DNA of 64,000 nt, taken from assembly GCA_951406725.2 (NCBI GenBank), contig OX597820.1, positions 120,404,001 to 120,468,000 of the forward strand, read 5' to 3'. This stretch comes from Octopus vulgaris. Taxonomy: Eukaryota. The position numbers and the translations under genes were made by a program. Below the pieces are notes generated by a model, which was given only the letters and a program-made list of their open reading frames with translations, did no database searches and was not told where the DNA came from. Below are positions 28,692-44,876 of this stretch, in pieces; position 1 is the stretch's first letter; each line of letters begins with the position of its first letter.

Positions 28692-29093
28692 AGGAGTGGC
28701 TGTGTGGTAAGTAGCTTGCTAACCAACCACATGGTTGCGGGATCAGTCCCACTGCGTGGCATCTTGGGCAAGTGTCTTCTGCTATAGCCTCGGGCCGACC
28801 AATGCCTTGTGAGTGGATTTGGTAGACGGAAACTGAAAGAAGCCTGTCGTATATATGTATATATATATATGTGTATATGTTTGTGTGTCTGTGTTTGTCC
28901 CCCTAGCATTGCTTGACAACCGATGCTGGTGTGTTTACGTCCCCGTCACCTAGCGGTTCGGCAAAAGAGACCCCGATAGAATAAATACTGGGCTTACAAA
29001 AGAATAAGTCCCGGGGTCGAGTTTCTCGATTAAAGGCGGTGCTCCAACTTGGCCGCAGTCAAATGACTGAAACAAGTAAAAGAGATAAAAGAG
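28692..29093 (+). mobile_element. SINE family A
   Basis: Near full-length match. Confidence 0.9.
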
Positions 29094-29963
29094 AAAACTG
29101 TATACTCTAAGTCATTTCTATCCTCGCAGTTTGTTTGAAATATTCTTGAATATACCCTGAATATACACTGAATAAACCCTGAGTGTAAACTGCGATAATA
29201 ATAAGTTCCAGTCTTAAGAGTGTCCCCTGACACTTGTAAAATTTATACAAATGTAAAATAAATACTCCTCTATACATTCCATGATATCTAGTGACGTCAG
29301 TAGGACGACTGGAATTATGTTTTTCCATTTAATATCCGCTTCGGGTGGACCGGGGTAGACGTTATGAATTCTTTGTTAATTAACACATTCTAAAGTATTT
29401 TATCTTAAATTTGGTGCCTTGAATGAAGTGTTTCTCCATTGTATACCTTATATTGTATTAGATTTGATAGAGAGCTGGAGCGTATAGATCGATAGGAGTA
29501 CTCGAAATCTATGAATTGTAATCTGTCATCGCCAAAGTGTTATGCCTACTATGAGAATACACTTAAAGATAAATGCTAAAGTTCAAGTCAATCAATATTA
29601 TTACCCCCTGGTAATATGTTCACCGGGTGTAAAGAGAAAAGCCAATATAAATTTTGAAGCCGATGCTTTAAATTGCAGAACAGTGTTGAAATCTCCCTGT
29701 TGGCATTTGGGTACACAAAGGAGAAATATACGTAATCAACGCGTGTATTGATCATTTGAATATGTAAAAGAAATATCAAGTACTATTGCGACAATCTTCT
29801 GCATTACAGAACTAAATCTTAGAGCAGACATCGCCAAGAACAGATTATTAGTCAAAATTTCAATGGTTTCGTAAACTTATGAATTTGATTGAAGGCAAAA
29901 CTGTATAAACGGAAAACGAGAAAACGAGAAAACGGAAAACGAGAAAGTAGTTTTGCAATGGAT

Positions 29964-30371
29964 ATCTTTATCTTTCTTTATCTTTTACTTGTTTCAGTCA
30001 TTTGACGGCGGCCATGCTGGAGCACCACATTTAATCGAGCAACTCGACCCCGGGACTTATTATTTGTAAGCCCAGTACTTATTCTATCGGTCTCTTTTTG
30101 CCGAAAAGCTAAGTGACGGGGACGTAAACACACCAGCATCGGTTGTCAAGCAATGCTAGGGGGATAAACACAGACACACAAACATACACACGCATACATA
30201 TATATATACATATATCCGACAGGCTTCTTTCAGTTTCCGTCTACCAAATCGACTCACAAGGCATTGGTCGGCCCGAGGCTATAGCAGAAGACATTTGCCC
30301 AAGATGCCACGCAGTGGGACTGAACCCGGAACCATGTGGTTGGTAAGCAAGCTATTTACCACACAGCCACT
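29964..30371 (-). mobile_element. SINE family A
   Basis: Reverse-complement near full-length match. Confidence 0.9.
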
Positions 30372-31331
30372 TGGTTTCCTTTCAATTCAGAAGGACCTCA
30401 ACGACCATAACATTGACCAATCACGTTCCCTTCCAGACCATTTTTCCATATTTCAATTAATTTTAATATGATAGGATTAAGATTTGAGGAAAATGTAGCA
30501 TTTGTTTCTAATTTGTCAGGCGGCTACTTGTAAGCGCTATATGTATGCGCTACATGTGAACTCTCATACAACATGTTATAAATATGATTTTATTGTTGAA
30601 ATTGTTGCTTCCCTTTATTTTTACCTAACGTAGATCGATCCAATTCCTCCTTGAAAGTGTTTCCAACGTCCTATTGCCATCGTTTCATAGATATCGAGGA
30701 CTACATAGTTTGAAACCTTGAAATTAGCTGGAATACAGTATTCGCTCGTAATTCGTGTTACAAAAGAGGCAACAACCAATAGCATAAGCGGAAGCATACA
30801 CGGTACACTTGTCGGTTAAATGAACCGAATGTACTATTGTCATAGTGTGGCTGGATACTTCATAACATGATTTCTTATAAAATAACAGATGTGCCGAATC
30901 CAACTGGAAAGTATGTAGAATATATTGCAAATACATGGGAATCAACATAAATAGCAAATCCTCATCGAGATCCAGAAAGCTTTGCAGACTCAGCCAATCA
31001 ATGCAATAATCAGACAAACACACGTACATTCAATGAAAACATGAAAAGTGTTACACCATCATAACTGAAGCTGTTTGAGCGAGCGTACGTTAGTGATAAT
31101 GTCTCGTTTGTAAGAACAGACATTTCTAACGAAACCATTTGGATATATTCTAATTCAAAACAAAAATCCAAACCACAGTATTTATTCCTAGATGATAAAA
31201 ATACAATCGTATATAGAAAATATATTACAATATCTATAAAAGCTTTGTTAATGACAAATCTCAAACAATGGAATGCAGCACACCTACAGAAAGGTAGGAG
31301 AGCAGGAAAGACATTTTGAACTACTAACATA

Positions 31332-31502
31332 GGCGTAGGAGTGGCCGTGTGGTAAGTAGCTTGCTTACCAACCACATGGTTCCTGGTTCAGTCCCACTGC
31401 GTGGCACATTGGGCAAGTGTTTTCTACTATAGTCTCGGGCCGACCAAAGCATTGTGAGTGGATTTGGTAGACAGAAACTGAAAGAAGCCCATCGTATATA
31501 TG

Positions 31503-31540
<38 letters not shown>

Positions 31541-31725
31541 CGTGTGTGTGTGTGTGTGTATGTTTGTGTATCTGTGTTTGTCCCCCCAACATCGCTTGAC
31601 AAATGATGCTGATGTGTTTACGTCCCCGTAGCTTAGCGGTTCGGCAAAAGAGACCGATAGAATAAGTACTAGGCTTACAAAGAACAAGTCCTGGGGGGTC
31701 GATGTGCTCGACTAAAGGCGGTGCT
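31332..31725 (+). mobile_element. SINE family A (tail truncated)
   Basis: Match from head to GGCGGTGCTC. Confidence 0.9.
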
Positions 31726-31863
31726 CAACTGGTAAGTCTTTTATCGAAAGTCGTGAAAAGAAAAAATTCTGCTCGAAGGAATATGAAGTCAGGACATAAA
31801 TATGAATGAAATGCTTCGAAGCATTTGTACGGTGTGTTAGTGATTCTATGATGTAGATAATAG

Positions 31864-32276
31864 GGATCTTTTCGGTTTGAACGGCAGTTTTTCTAGCGGT
31901 GTCATTTCAAATTGTCACCCATAATTATGACCCTAGTATCGATCTATTGCATTTCAATCTGATTTAGGGTTAGGGGTGGGAGGAAGGGTATCTTTTTTTC
32001 TTCACAAATGTAAATAAACCCAATCTGTTTCTTAAACGACGGACATATTCATACGGCACAGAATGTTTTTTTTTACTTCAATAGACTTCGGTCATTGATT
32101 GAAATTACAGAAATTGAAGAAAAAATACAACAAATATCTTACAAATTATTGAATTTTTTCAATAAAGCCAAGAGAAAAAGATGTTTTATAAACACATTCT
32201 ACCAGTATACGAAGTTTAACATTTTTTAGCTACCTAGAAATTATGTTAAAAACTGCCGTTCAAACCGAAAAGATCC
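31864..32276 (+). mobile_element. MITE with ~29-bp TIRs and an 8-bp TSD
   Basis: GGATCTTTTCGGTTTGAACGGCAGTTTTT ... AAAAACTGCCGTTCAAACCGAAAAGATCC; flanks GATAATAG/GATAATTG. Confidence 0.9.
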
Positions 32277-32294
32277 GATAATTGTTCTTTCTAC

Positions 32295-32455
32295 TGGAAT
32301 CACAGGGCCTCGAATTTGGGGGTAGGGATTAAGTCGATTACATCGACTCCAGTGCGTAACTGGTTCTTATTTAATCAACCCCGAAAGGATGAATAGCAAA
32401 GTCGACCTCGGCAGAATTTGAACTCGTAACATAGCAGCAGACGAAATACCGCTTT
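32295..32455 (-). mobile_element. SINE family B
   Basis: Reverse-complement match. Confidence 0.75.
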
Positions 32456-32623
32456 GAGGTAGATAATATTATAAAAACCGAATGCTAGAAAGTGGAGGCA
32501 CAGGGAAAATGAATAAAATTTGTGTTTGAAATTCAAGTTTTGGAAATAATATGAAAGTGTTGGTAGAAAAATTTGAATAATTAGCACAATGAGAAACACA
32601 TACATACATATGGATACACACAC

Positions 32624-32664
<41 letters not shown>

Positions 32665-32817
32665 GTAACATTCATGAATATAAACGCGCGTGGCTATGCG
32701 TATAATAAATTGCAAAATGAACTTAAAACAAGAAAAACGGAAAATATATATTAATAATAAATAAGAGACTAAACACAAACATACACGTGCCGCCAATATG
32801 TTTGTAGAGAACACAAG

Positions 32818-32886
<69 letters not shown>

Positions 32887-33344
32887 GTGTGTATGGTTGT
32901 TTGTATGTGTGTGTGTGTGTGTGTGTATGTGTGTGTGTGTGTGTTTGTTTGTATGTGTGTGAGTGTGTAGTAGTAGTAGTAGTCGAATTTACCATCTACC
33001 CCAAAGTCAGTACAGAGATAGAGCCAAGAGTCTGTATTTTACGTTGATTTGTTATTTAGAAATAAAATACTCTGTCACGGAAGAATCTTTGATCTGTGAA
33101 ATTTGAATACAAAAGCAATTATTTATATCTCATATTTACCAAGATATATTTCCAATGTTTTTATGCACATGACGTTGAAATTTATATACCAAGTTGTCTT
33201 GGCTAGATTTATAAACACTGAGTTCACCCCAACACTAAACAAGATGTAGTATTTCTTAGTCATCTACTACTACTACTACTGCTGCTACTGCTGCTACTAC
33301 TACTACCACTACTACTAAGATACAGAAAAGTGAGAAAATGAGTA

Positions 33345-34720
33345 ACGCATGTAGGATAGCCACAGACATAATAATCAAGGTCCCTAATCCTAATGGCCTC
33401 AAATTAAGACCTATAACAGCAGGTCCCGCACGCGAAACCCACCGCCTCAGTAACTTTTGGATACCCTCTTAAAACCATTTCTGAAGCATGTCAAAAGCTA
33501 TCCAAGGGACGATCTGGATATGCTCAGTCAGGTTCCTGAAACAATAAACAAAAACACCCTGCTAGTATCCTTCGATGTAGTCAACCTCTATTTCAATATC
33601 CTCCACAACCTAGGAATAGAGGCAATTCAATTCTGGCTAGAGAATTACGCCAACGAACTCCCACATCGCATCCCAAAAGAATTCGTGATAGAATGGCTAA
33701 AATTCATCTTGGAGAATAACTACTTCGTCTTCAAAGATAACTTCAATCGACAAAAATTGGGGACTGCGTTGGGTATGAGAATGGCCCCCTCCTTTGCTAA
33801 CCTAGTCATGGGATATCTAGAAATTAGTCTTTAAAGTAAGGTTCGAGAAAAATACGGCAGCTCCTTCTCCCTCTACATAGAAAATAACTGGAAGAGATAC
33901 CTGGATGACTGTTTCATTCTTTGGCATGAAAGTATAGAGAGACTTAAAGAATTCTAAGCAATTTTAAATGGACTAGGCGTAAACAATGGAATATAGCCAT
34001 CAACAACTTCCATTTCTTGACATCCTCATTAAGAAATCCAACAACAAAATAGAAACAGTTATATACTATAAACCCACGGAATCCAGCGATATCTACCGTC
34101 CAACTGATGCCTCCCCAGACACACTATTATGAATATCCCCTTCAACCTAGCGAAAAAGATTTGTACTATAGTTTCTAATATAGACAAAAGACTACATGAA
34201 CTAAAGGATACACTCATTAGCAAGAACTACGGCCCATCACTAATTATTATAGGCTTTGAACGTGCCCTACAACTGATTATCCACGAATTCAGACATCCCA
34301 AATTAAAGAAGGATTTACAAACAAAAGCCCTACCATACATCTCCACACACAACCCTCTTCAAAACCATCCTCTACAAAACGGACTACAGAATGAATTTAA
34401 TCCTCCTAACGCACACCATCATAAAGAGCAAACGAGAACCCAAATCTATGAAAAGTCTCCTAACACAAGCCCAAGTAAACTCGAAAACAACATTGAAGCC
34501 GTCAGCACAAAATGCGGAAAACCTAACTGTGGTATATGCGTCAACCGAATTGAAGTTATTGGCGTTGTCTTTCAAACAGGGTCAACGTTTTACAGCGAAA
34601 TACAACTTCACATGTGCTTCGGAAAACCGAATGTTTGTATTAACTTGCTCAGGTGGCATATATCTCAGGTTAAAATTCGGGAATACAGAATAACGATACT
34701 TAAAGGCTCGCTGCCTTAAT
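33345..34720 (+). mobile_element. Penelope-like retroelement remnant (RT, linker zinc finger, start of GIY-YIG), with stops and frameshifts
   Basis: LRPITAGP, LVSFDVVNLY, FILENNYF, QKLGTALGMRMAPSFANLVMG, WKRYLDDCF, YYKPT, NIPFNLAKKICTI, and the CGKPNCGIC Cys cluster typical of Neptune-type PLEs. Confidence 0.9.
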
Positions 34721-35486
34721 GGAAGCCAATACTGAAAATGCTATCCAATGTTTTGGAAACGTTCATTAGACATACAAGAAATAAATCGCACAGCTTATAA
34801 AATTATGGCAAACTGCAAATTATAATTAGCTGTTTTGTCATATTTGTGGCTTTGTGTAATCATGTTGCTAAAGTTTACAACATTTCGAAAGCCGAACAGG
34901 TATAAAGTGTGTTTGGAACTGCGTAAGCGAAAAATTGCAATTAGGTTCTGTACGAAAACTCTGTTCAGGGTTATTTGGACAATTTTAGTTTTGCCAGTTA
35001 TCTGTCGAAATTCATAGACTGTTACAAAGACATACTGACACCAATCCACGCGCACACACACATACACACACACACACACACACATGCATACACACAGACA
35101 GACGAGTGAAGACAAACACCGTACGCTAGAATCCTTGAGAGAAAACACTTCATTTCAGTTCTATCTGGAACACATGCAACAGATTGGTGTTATCTTCAGG
35201 TGAATGTCGACTTGCCCGCCTCATCAGCGAGATGATAACATTCAAAAGCTACAGCAATGTGAGGAAGCGCATGGTGACCAGCGGTGCACAACAACAACTG
35301 ATAGTCCGATCAATACAGCAATATACGCATCATATGAATAGTTTCGCATTTCAGATAATAGTTTACAAAGGTAAGTGGTGGCAAAAGACCATAGGCTTTC
35401 TTATGTCTGGATTGCGAAAGTTAGCAGCTGGAATTCTGTCTAACAAAGATCGGGCAAGCTCTTAGGGTAGCTCTTACCTCGTGACA

Positions 35487-35882
35487 TCTTTATATATAAA
35501 AGTAAGGTTGTGTGTCTGTCTACTCCGATTTAGATTCCTAACTACTCCCACATTTTGCGGTGCAGTTTAACCAAAACCGGTTATCTTATAGTCGTGATTC
35601 ATATCGAGCCCTTCTGGGTATTAGCGCGCGTCTACGATGAGTCTATGATTTTAAAAATAATTTACCATCATTTTTTTTCCATTATAATGCATATTTTTTT
35701 TAATATAAGGGAAGTAACTCTCTAAAAATGTCTACGATGAGTCAACGATTTAAAAACAAATTTACCATCATATTTTTTCCATATTTAATGCATTTTTTAG
35801 CTATTTTTTGGCTATAACTCTCAAAAAATGCCTTATAGTTATTTCCCTTACAAACCCGAGCAACGCCGGGCGATACTGCTAG
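35487..35882 (+). mobile_element. Non-autonomous Helitron
   Basis: A|TC ... CCCGAGCAACGCCGGG...CTAG|T; same family as 2602-2988; carries an internal duplication. Confidence 0.85.
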
Positions 35883-37093
35883 TTAAATATAAATAAAGAT
35901 AAAACCAGTTTAATGAGAAGGAAGGCGTGACAAATTCGCTACTAATTTCCTTTAGCTAGGTTCAGCCCATGAAATTCTCATCGGCCCCTCTAAGTAAGGA
36001 AGTGGATTAAATGCCATTAGGATGATAAAATCCTTATATTTCTGATTCAGGAAGAAAGAGGATTCAAATAAATCGAATGGCAAATTAACACTCATTAGTT
36101 AAACAGCATACGGAAGGAAACAAACAATAATATATCAGGAGAAATTGGAAGGAAGGTTATTCGTGTTCCGAACAGAGTTTGCGTTCATTTGAAGACATCA
36201 AAAGGAACGACGAGGGAAATTGTGATTGGGCAAACACGCTGTCATTTCTTCCAGAAGTAACAAAAATAGTGGAGCTAGCAAACTTTCTTATATAAAAATA
36301 AATCTGGTAATATATATTGAGGTTTGACCGAGGTTCCTATAAAAAATATCGGGAAGATATGAAAATAATATATTCTATTAATTTCAAAATACACACACTC
36401 TCTCTCGTTCTCTCCCTCCCCCACTCTTTCTCTCTAAACATTTACGCGCACACATTTTGAAAGCGCATTGAAATGACATTTTTATATCCTACGCGTGGCT
36501 ACTTTAAGTGAACAATGAAAGTGTTATTTTTCAAATTTTAATATTATTATCGAAAAAATACTTTTGTTTTATTATGGATTATTATTTTTAAAAATTCATT
36601 TTACTTTTACATATATAGACATTCTACGTGGATGTTACGTTGCATATCTTAATTCATAATAAATTACCTTACTCTTTGCCATTATATTTACGATGTTCTT
36701 TTGTTTAATATATTGACTCCGAGGTGATTAATATGCCAAATACGTGAGAGACCGAGTTTACAGATTAATTGTACGGAAGCAAATTGAATTTTGTTATTAA
36801 ATTCAACTAATAAATATCATTGTTGTATAAAGCACAATCCGCATTACGAATGCACAACAGGAAGTATGATATTTCTGTCGTGGAAACTAAACAAATATCT
36901 CCGAAAATTCCTTTAGAAAATTCAAAACTACAACTGATACAAGCATACTACACACATATGCGTGTATTAGTGTCTACACATATCTTTGTATGTGTGATGT
37001 GTGTTTGTGTATTCTCTCCCCCTCTCTCTCACTCTCTCTCTATATATATCTAAGTAGGTGGCTAGGTATCTATCTATCTGTGCGAGTGTGCAA

Positions 37094-37127
<34 letters not shown>

Positions 37128-37338
37128 GTGTGTGTGTGTGTGTGTGTATATATATGTATATATATATATGTATATATATATATATACATATATATATATG
37201 CACATGTAAACTCACACACACATATACATACACGTGTAAATATACATAAATACAAATACATGTATGCTTGTCTATCAAATTTATCTGTCTAGCTATTTTT
37301 CTTTCTATGTATCTATGTATCTATCAATCACTAAGTCA

Positions 37339-37380
<42 letters not shown>

Positions 37381-38562
37381 TGTGTGTGTCTGTGTGTGTC
37401 TGTGTGTATTAAACACACAAGTGTATGCGTGTGTGCGAGCAAGAATGTGTTTGTGTGAAGTAACATGCGGGCATATTTTTATTATGTTATTATGTTGTTA
37501 AGGATTTAATAAGAGGCTGTAGTTACCATGGAGTACTAAAATATGATATGGTATAAATCTCGATAAGTGTATACGTAAAAATATGCTTCAATTTACATAA
37601 TACAGGCAAACCTTGACTATCAACGAAACCCAAGATTCAGTGAGTATCAGGTGATCAGATTTTGTTGATGCCTGGTATTCGTTGAAATATGTGGGAAACG
37701 TAGAGGCGATGTTTATTACCTCAAAAGGTCGCCAGGCGCTCGCCCAAGCTGCACTTCAATAAACCTATGTATGAGAACTGCACAGCTACAAATCACCCAG
37801 TCGTCCGAAGTGGAGGAATTCAATTATCTTTATTGAGGTTACAATCTCGTAGGAAGAAGTATGTGACGTGACCCACCAAATAAAGATGACAAATACGAGG
37901 TCCTTCTATAGGACTACAGGGAAAATGGATGGCAGTTAGGGCTTTTCTCTTTCGAGGATAACTGTAAAGTTGTTCCCTGCCCAGTCGGCATGAAGGAAGC
38001 TTACAGCGGTTGGAATGTGAAGAAAGAAGCGAAGGGTAGATGTGCGCAGGATGAGATATTCGGGTCTTCTTATTCTCCTCCGATTAAACTGGACACCAAC
38101 AATGGTGGAGTCTCTTCTTTTTGAGTAGGAACCATAATAAGCAAAACTGAAGCAAGGCTTCTTTTATGGCTCCGTGACAAATGTTTATATTTGCTTAATT
38201 TATTGACTGTAATTAGACCATTTCCCTTTCTTTGTTGTTCTCTTACCCTATGTATGCAAAAGTAGTTCTCTATCAGATAACACAATGCTAATTTCTATAA
38301 AGTGAAACGCGTAAGTACAACCCCCTTTGCAGTTGATGGCCCTCTAAGTTTGGAACTTAATACAATGCTAATATTTGCTCGTGTCAGAACGAACAATTAG
38401 TAAACAATATTTTTTCGTCCTTTCTGAAAAAATCAAAATTGTATGAAAAAATATACAATTAGATTTAGTACCATATTATCACAATATGTTGGATATATGT
38501 CTAAAATTGGTGAAATTATATAAAAAGTAACAGAATTCAGTAATGAACCTAAAAAAAAGAGA

Positions 38563-38757
38563 GTTAGAGTAGCAGACTCGCGGTCGAGGAATCGCGGGTT
38601 CGAATCTCAGACCGAGTGATGAGTGTGTTTATGAGCAAAACACCTAAGCTCCACGCGGCTCCGGCAGAAGGTAATGGCGAACTTCTGCTGACTTTTTCGC
38701 CACCACTTTCTCTCACTCTTTCCTCCTGCATCTTGCAGCTCACCTGTGTCTGACCGG
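38563..38757 (+). mobile_element. tRNA-derived SINE, family C (partial)
   Basis: GGGTTCGAATCTC B box; matches 49288, 50481 and 59608. Confidence 0.85.
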
Positions 38758-39454
38758 TATGAATTTTTGAGTTTACAGTTGAAAGACATAACAGAAATGT
38801 CATGTATCCTGGCATTCAAGCAGGATTGGCAGGGCCATCCAATACGAAAAGTAATGAGAACGTTGAATAACATTTCGCATTCTCATCTATAGTAAATATT
38901 GTGTGAGATCATGAATATTGGCACTTCTTAATTGAGACATCAAATATGTGCCAATAAACAATGTAGGAAACAGTTTCACTATTATGTTGTCTAAAAATAG
39001 TATGAAACTAAAGAAAGTATTTTGTAAGATACACATCTTATTGAAGTCTGATCTTTGCCCGACAAACATTTTAGAAATATGAAATTAATATTAAGCATCC
39101 ATTATAAGTACTGAAACACGAAAATAATATAGGAATGTTTTGTTTTTTTTTGCAAGGGAATGGCAAACCGTCAGAGACATACTATAAGCAACTATATTAC
39201 ACTTTGCCAACAGATGTATAATTTTATAACTTACGTTGGGATATATCTATCACTATTTCGGGACCGCTAACGAATTTATTGTTACTGAGTCCTTAATAAA
39301 TCGAGGAAAATATGTCTGGAGATTTCTCCGAAATATTCAAAATAATTCAAATATCGGTCATAAATTCATAGATATTTTTACCAAGTATGCATATAACTTT
39401 AGATAAAAGTTCATGCGCTTTTTAACCATGTGCTAATATTCGTGTTCCGAACCA

Positions 39455-39775
39455 GTCTCCACACCAGTCATTGACATGAAACTAGAATATTTCATGTCTG
39501 TTGTGCAAAGCATATGCCAGAAATATGTTCCAGAGCACAAGGCCACGACAAATAGGAACAAGATTCCAAGAGAGAGGAAGATGGCCTCAACAAACATCCC
39601 CAAAGTAGCGAAAGGTCCCGCCTAAAAATAACCCTGATGGAGATTGAAAAAGGCCCGTAACAATCATATATGAGGGAAAGAGCAGACAAAGAAGCCTGGG
39701 TTATAAAAAAAAAAACATTAAGTCAAATACGAAGGTTTAAGTCAGTATGCTGCAAGATAGGAACCCTCTTCCACA
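39455..39775 (+). mobile_element. CR1-like LINE fragment, duplicate of ~43468-43820
   Basis: High similarity to that segment, with a ~31-bp deletion. Confidence 0.75.
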
Positions 39776-40540
39776 AATGGTTACTTAACCATTTAGCAAA
39801 AAACAAATTGTATTTAAGTTATCATCTCAAGAAGTTTTAAGCGGCAGAGTTTTTTCTCTGATCAGCGCAAGTGCAATGAACAACCAATTGAGAGTAAAAT
39901 TTATTATGGAATTGAAAATTTAGAGGTGATGCTCAAAGAATGTATTAAGAAAAATAGTCTGCGAGTAATTTAGTTACGACTGCGTATAGTAGTTTATAAC
40001 CGTCTTATCAAGTACGTCCCCGGATATAGAAATATACATGCAGGATTATGAGTGATACTGCGTTGGGGGCTGCAGATTTGGCTGAGGGATGACTCTGTAC
40101 GATGAGAACATTTCATAAAACTGGTGTCAGCAACAGCGATTATCTGAGGGCCAAGTGGTCTCTACAGCTTATACAACCGCTGTGGAGCAGATATCGTTCA
40201 GATATTTGATTGCAGCATCAGATTGTTGGTTTCATTATAGATTATCCATCTCCATTTATAGAAGTTGTCTGCCAACAATTCCAATTACACTCGACGAGAT
40301 GATACTTTACAGATTTCGCATGATGACGTTCTCTTTATAAGAGTATGAAACAGCAACTTTGTTAGTTGAGTGTCTTTCATTTCTACGGACCGCCAGAGCA
40401 ACACAGGCGTATTTTCGGCACGCGGATATTCCACCGCCTCTGCTAAAAGTGCGTCTGTTTATTACACATACACATGTTCATCATGCATGCACACAAACGT
40501 ACGTACACTCACACATACACACACACACACACATACATAC

Positions 40541-40595
<55 letters not shown>

Positions 40596-40596
<1 letters not shown>

Positions 40597-40735
40597 TATT
40601 TAAAAGCAGCAGAAATTTAACAAAAGCTTTTGGTAAATTTCTGCTGCTTTTAAATAAAGCATATTACTCTACCTCTGGTATTTGAGTACTCTTTTTTCTG
40701 CCTTGTTTTTCACATTTATGTGTTTACTCCGGTAT
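40596..40735 (+). repeat. 62-bp palindrome (40596-40657) with a 3' tail, inside (TA)n
   Basis: TTATTTAAAAGCAGCAGAAATTTAACAAAAG|CTTTTGGTAAATTTCTGCTGCTTTTAAATAA (1 mismatch). Confidence 0.85.
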
Positions 40736-40736
40736 T

Positions 40737-40811
<75 letters not shown>

Positions 40812-40856
40812 ATATATGTATATATAAAACTTTATGCAAGCAATAATAAATATCTG

Positions 40857-40902
<46 letters not shown>

Positions 40903-41564
40903 TGAGAGAGAGAGAGATAGTTATATATTCATATGTACACAGAGACATACATAAGTACGTTGATGTCGGTCCAATGGAGATGTATAAATTTTCCGAATAA
41001 ATATGTCAGTGCGTGTAACTCCTGGAATATCCGTCGCTCCACATATCACGGATGTCCACAGTTCACAAATACTGATAGCGAAATATATTCTATCTTAGAC
41101 ACTTTCATTATTAAACATAATGAATAATGAAATCTAAGCACAAACATATGTACACAAAGACACCCAACACAGACACACATAAGAACACCTACACGCGCGC
41201 GCGCGTAACATTCACACACATATGCGTATATGTGTGAATACATGTATGTAGTTAGTGTGCTGTATGTGTTTGTCTGTGGGTGTTCTTGTTGAGTGATATA
41301 TTGCTTTACTTAATCAGACAATAGAAAATGTCGGATTGAAACAAATAAATGACATCCTTGATATTTCTTAATGTTCATGTCCGAAAGAATGATGAGTGAT
41401 GAATATAGACCGTCCGGGAAATATATATAAAAGGGACATAAATAGTAAAGCCATAAATAAATGAATGAATAAGTAAATAAATGAATAAATAAATAAATAT
41501 AATCATTATGTAAATATGAAAGCGTGATATATTAAATGAAAACAAAACAAGACATCGATTCTTC

Positions 41565-41772
<208 letters not shown>

Positions 41773-41929
41773 GTTATATAGTGTTGTTTGTGTGAGTGAT
41801 TCCTTGAAAGTAATTACTTTATTCTCCGCCAAAACAATTCATTAGCTTTGAAAAACCGCTGAAAATATTCTAATTAAAATTATGAAGTAATGTAATCAAA
41901 TATCTTCACGAAAAATTAATCAAATAAAT

Positions 41930-43144
<1,215 letters not shown>

Positions 43145-43146
<2 letters not shown>

Positions 43147-43995
43147 CTCATTGCAAACAAGCACAGGTAGAATCCCTGCTCAACCTCACCAATGCCCTAT
43201 TCATGGAGAAAGCTGTACTCAGACCAACTAGGGCGAATAACATCTGGGATCTCAGCTTCACGAATAATATAAACATCATTCATGATGTGAAAGTGACGCC
43301 GACATTTTCTCGGATCACTACATAATAGATCTGTGTATGTTTGGGCCGAAAGTAGCCAGAGATATACACCCTAAAGGAAGCACCCGAAATCTCTCCAATT
43401 TGAACTTCCACAAAGCAGACTGGAAATCGATCCAAAAAGAGATCTGCAGACAACACTATCCGAAATGTCTCTCCACACCAGACATTGACATGAAGCTAGA
43501 ATATTTCCTGTCTGTTGTGCAAAGCATATGACAGAAATATGTTCCAGAGCACAAGGCCGCCACAAATAGGAACAAGATTCCAAGAGAGAGGAAGATCCTT
43601 ATGAGACGAAGGACGAAGGTTGCAAATGGCCTCAACAAACATCCCCAAAGTAGTGACAGGTCCCACCTAAAAATAACCCTGATGGAGATTGAAAAAGACC
43701 TGTAACAATCATATATGAGGGAAAGAGCAGACAAAGAAGCCTGGGTTATAAAAAAAAAACATTAAGTCAAACCCGAAGGTTTAAATCGGTATGCTGCAAG
43801 ATAGGACCCCTCTTCCACAAAGACGGCGCCCTCACAGATACTCCAACCAGGATCAGTGAGGTGCTGAATGACCAGTTCAAAAGTGTCTTTACATCACTGA
43901 TCCTGGTTGAACGAACCAGTGGACTTCTTTGCCGCCTCACCTATAACCAGCGAGGCAGTTACGATGGAATACATCGTCATTAGGGGGGAGAAGAT
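43145..43995 (+). mobile_element. CR1-like LINE internal fragment (APE endonuclease C-terminus and linker)
   Basis: PTRANNIWDLSFTN, SDH (shifted frame), NFHKADWKSI, NIKSNPK, SEVLNDQFKSVFT. Confidence 0.8.
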
Positions 43996-44025
43996 ATACT
44001 ACTAGCCATATATATTAGACAATAC

Positions 44026-44097
<72 letters not shown>

Positions 44098-44732
44098 ATA
44101 TATATATATATACGTATGTATGTATGTATGTATTAATATATATATATATATATATATGCGGACATATACATGTGTATATATGTATATAGATATGCATGCA
44201 TATATATGTATATGTAAAATATACACATATCTAAACATACATACATTCTCAAATATACATATGCGCACACATGCGTACACCCATAGGCGTATGTGTGTGG
44301 GTGTGTGTTTACTTGTATCTATGCATGTTTCCTAAACAAATAATACAAATGCTTTGTATCAGTTACCAAATTCTGAACCGAATAAGATAAGCAAATCGTT
44401 CCGAGAAACTCCGCCCGCAATGTTTGGCTAGATCTCGACAATTGATAGTCATGTTGGCGCGAAAAATATTTTATTGCTTGTGACGTCTTAATTTTTCCGT
44501 CTACATTGCCGGAGACGCACGCCACCTACTGCTTTACGATGTGACTTGTTGATACGGTATATCCTATTTTATGCTTTTTTTTTTAGCTATTCCTCACTGA
44601 GTTTTCAGTTTTTCTTTTGTTGTATTTAGTGGTTCAAATTTCTGTCCACCACATGTTACCATGGAGGCCTAATTCTTAAAATCAACACATACATTACAAA
44701 TATTGATAACGATAATATGTCTCCCATCGCGC

Positions 44733-44734
<2 letters not shown>

Positions 44735-44775
<41 letters not shown>

Positions 44776-44793
44776 ATATATATTATATATATA

Positions 44794-44876
<83 letters not shown>

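Noticed and set aside
29908-29947. Short (GAAAAC(G)A/G) tandem repeat
   Set aside because: Ordinary 7-8 bp minisatellite, about 5 units
35188-35240. Minus-strand CTGATGA-GGC-GGGCAA-GTC-GACA hammerhead-like motif
   Set aside because: GACA instead of GAAA, no cleavage triplet, proximal stem I missing
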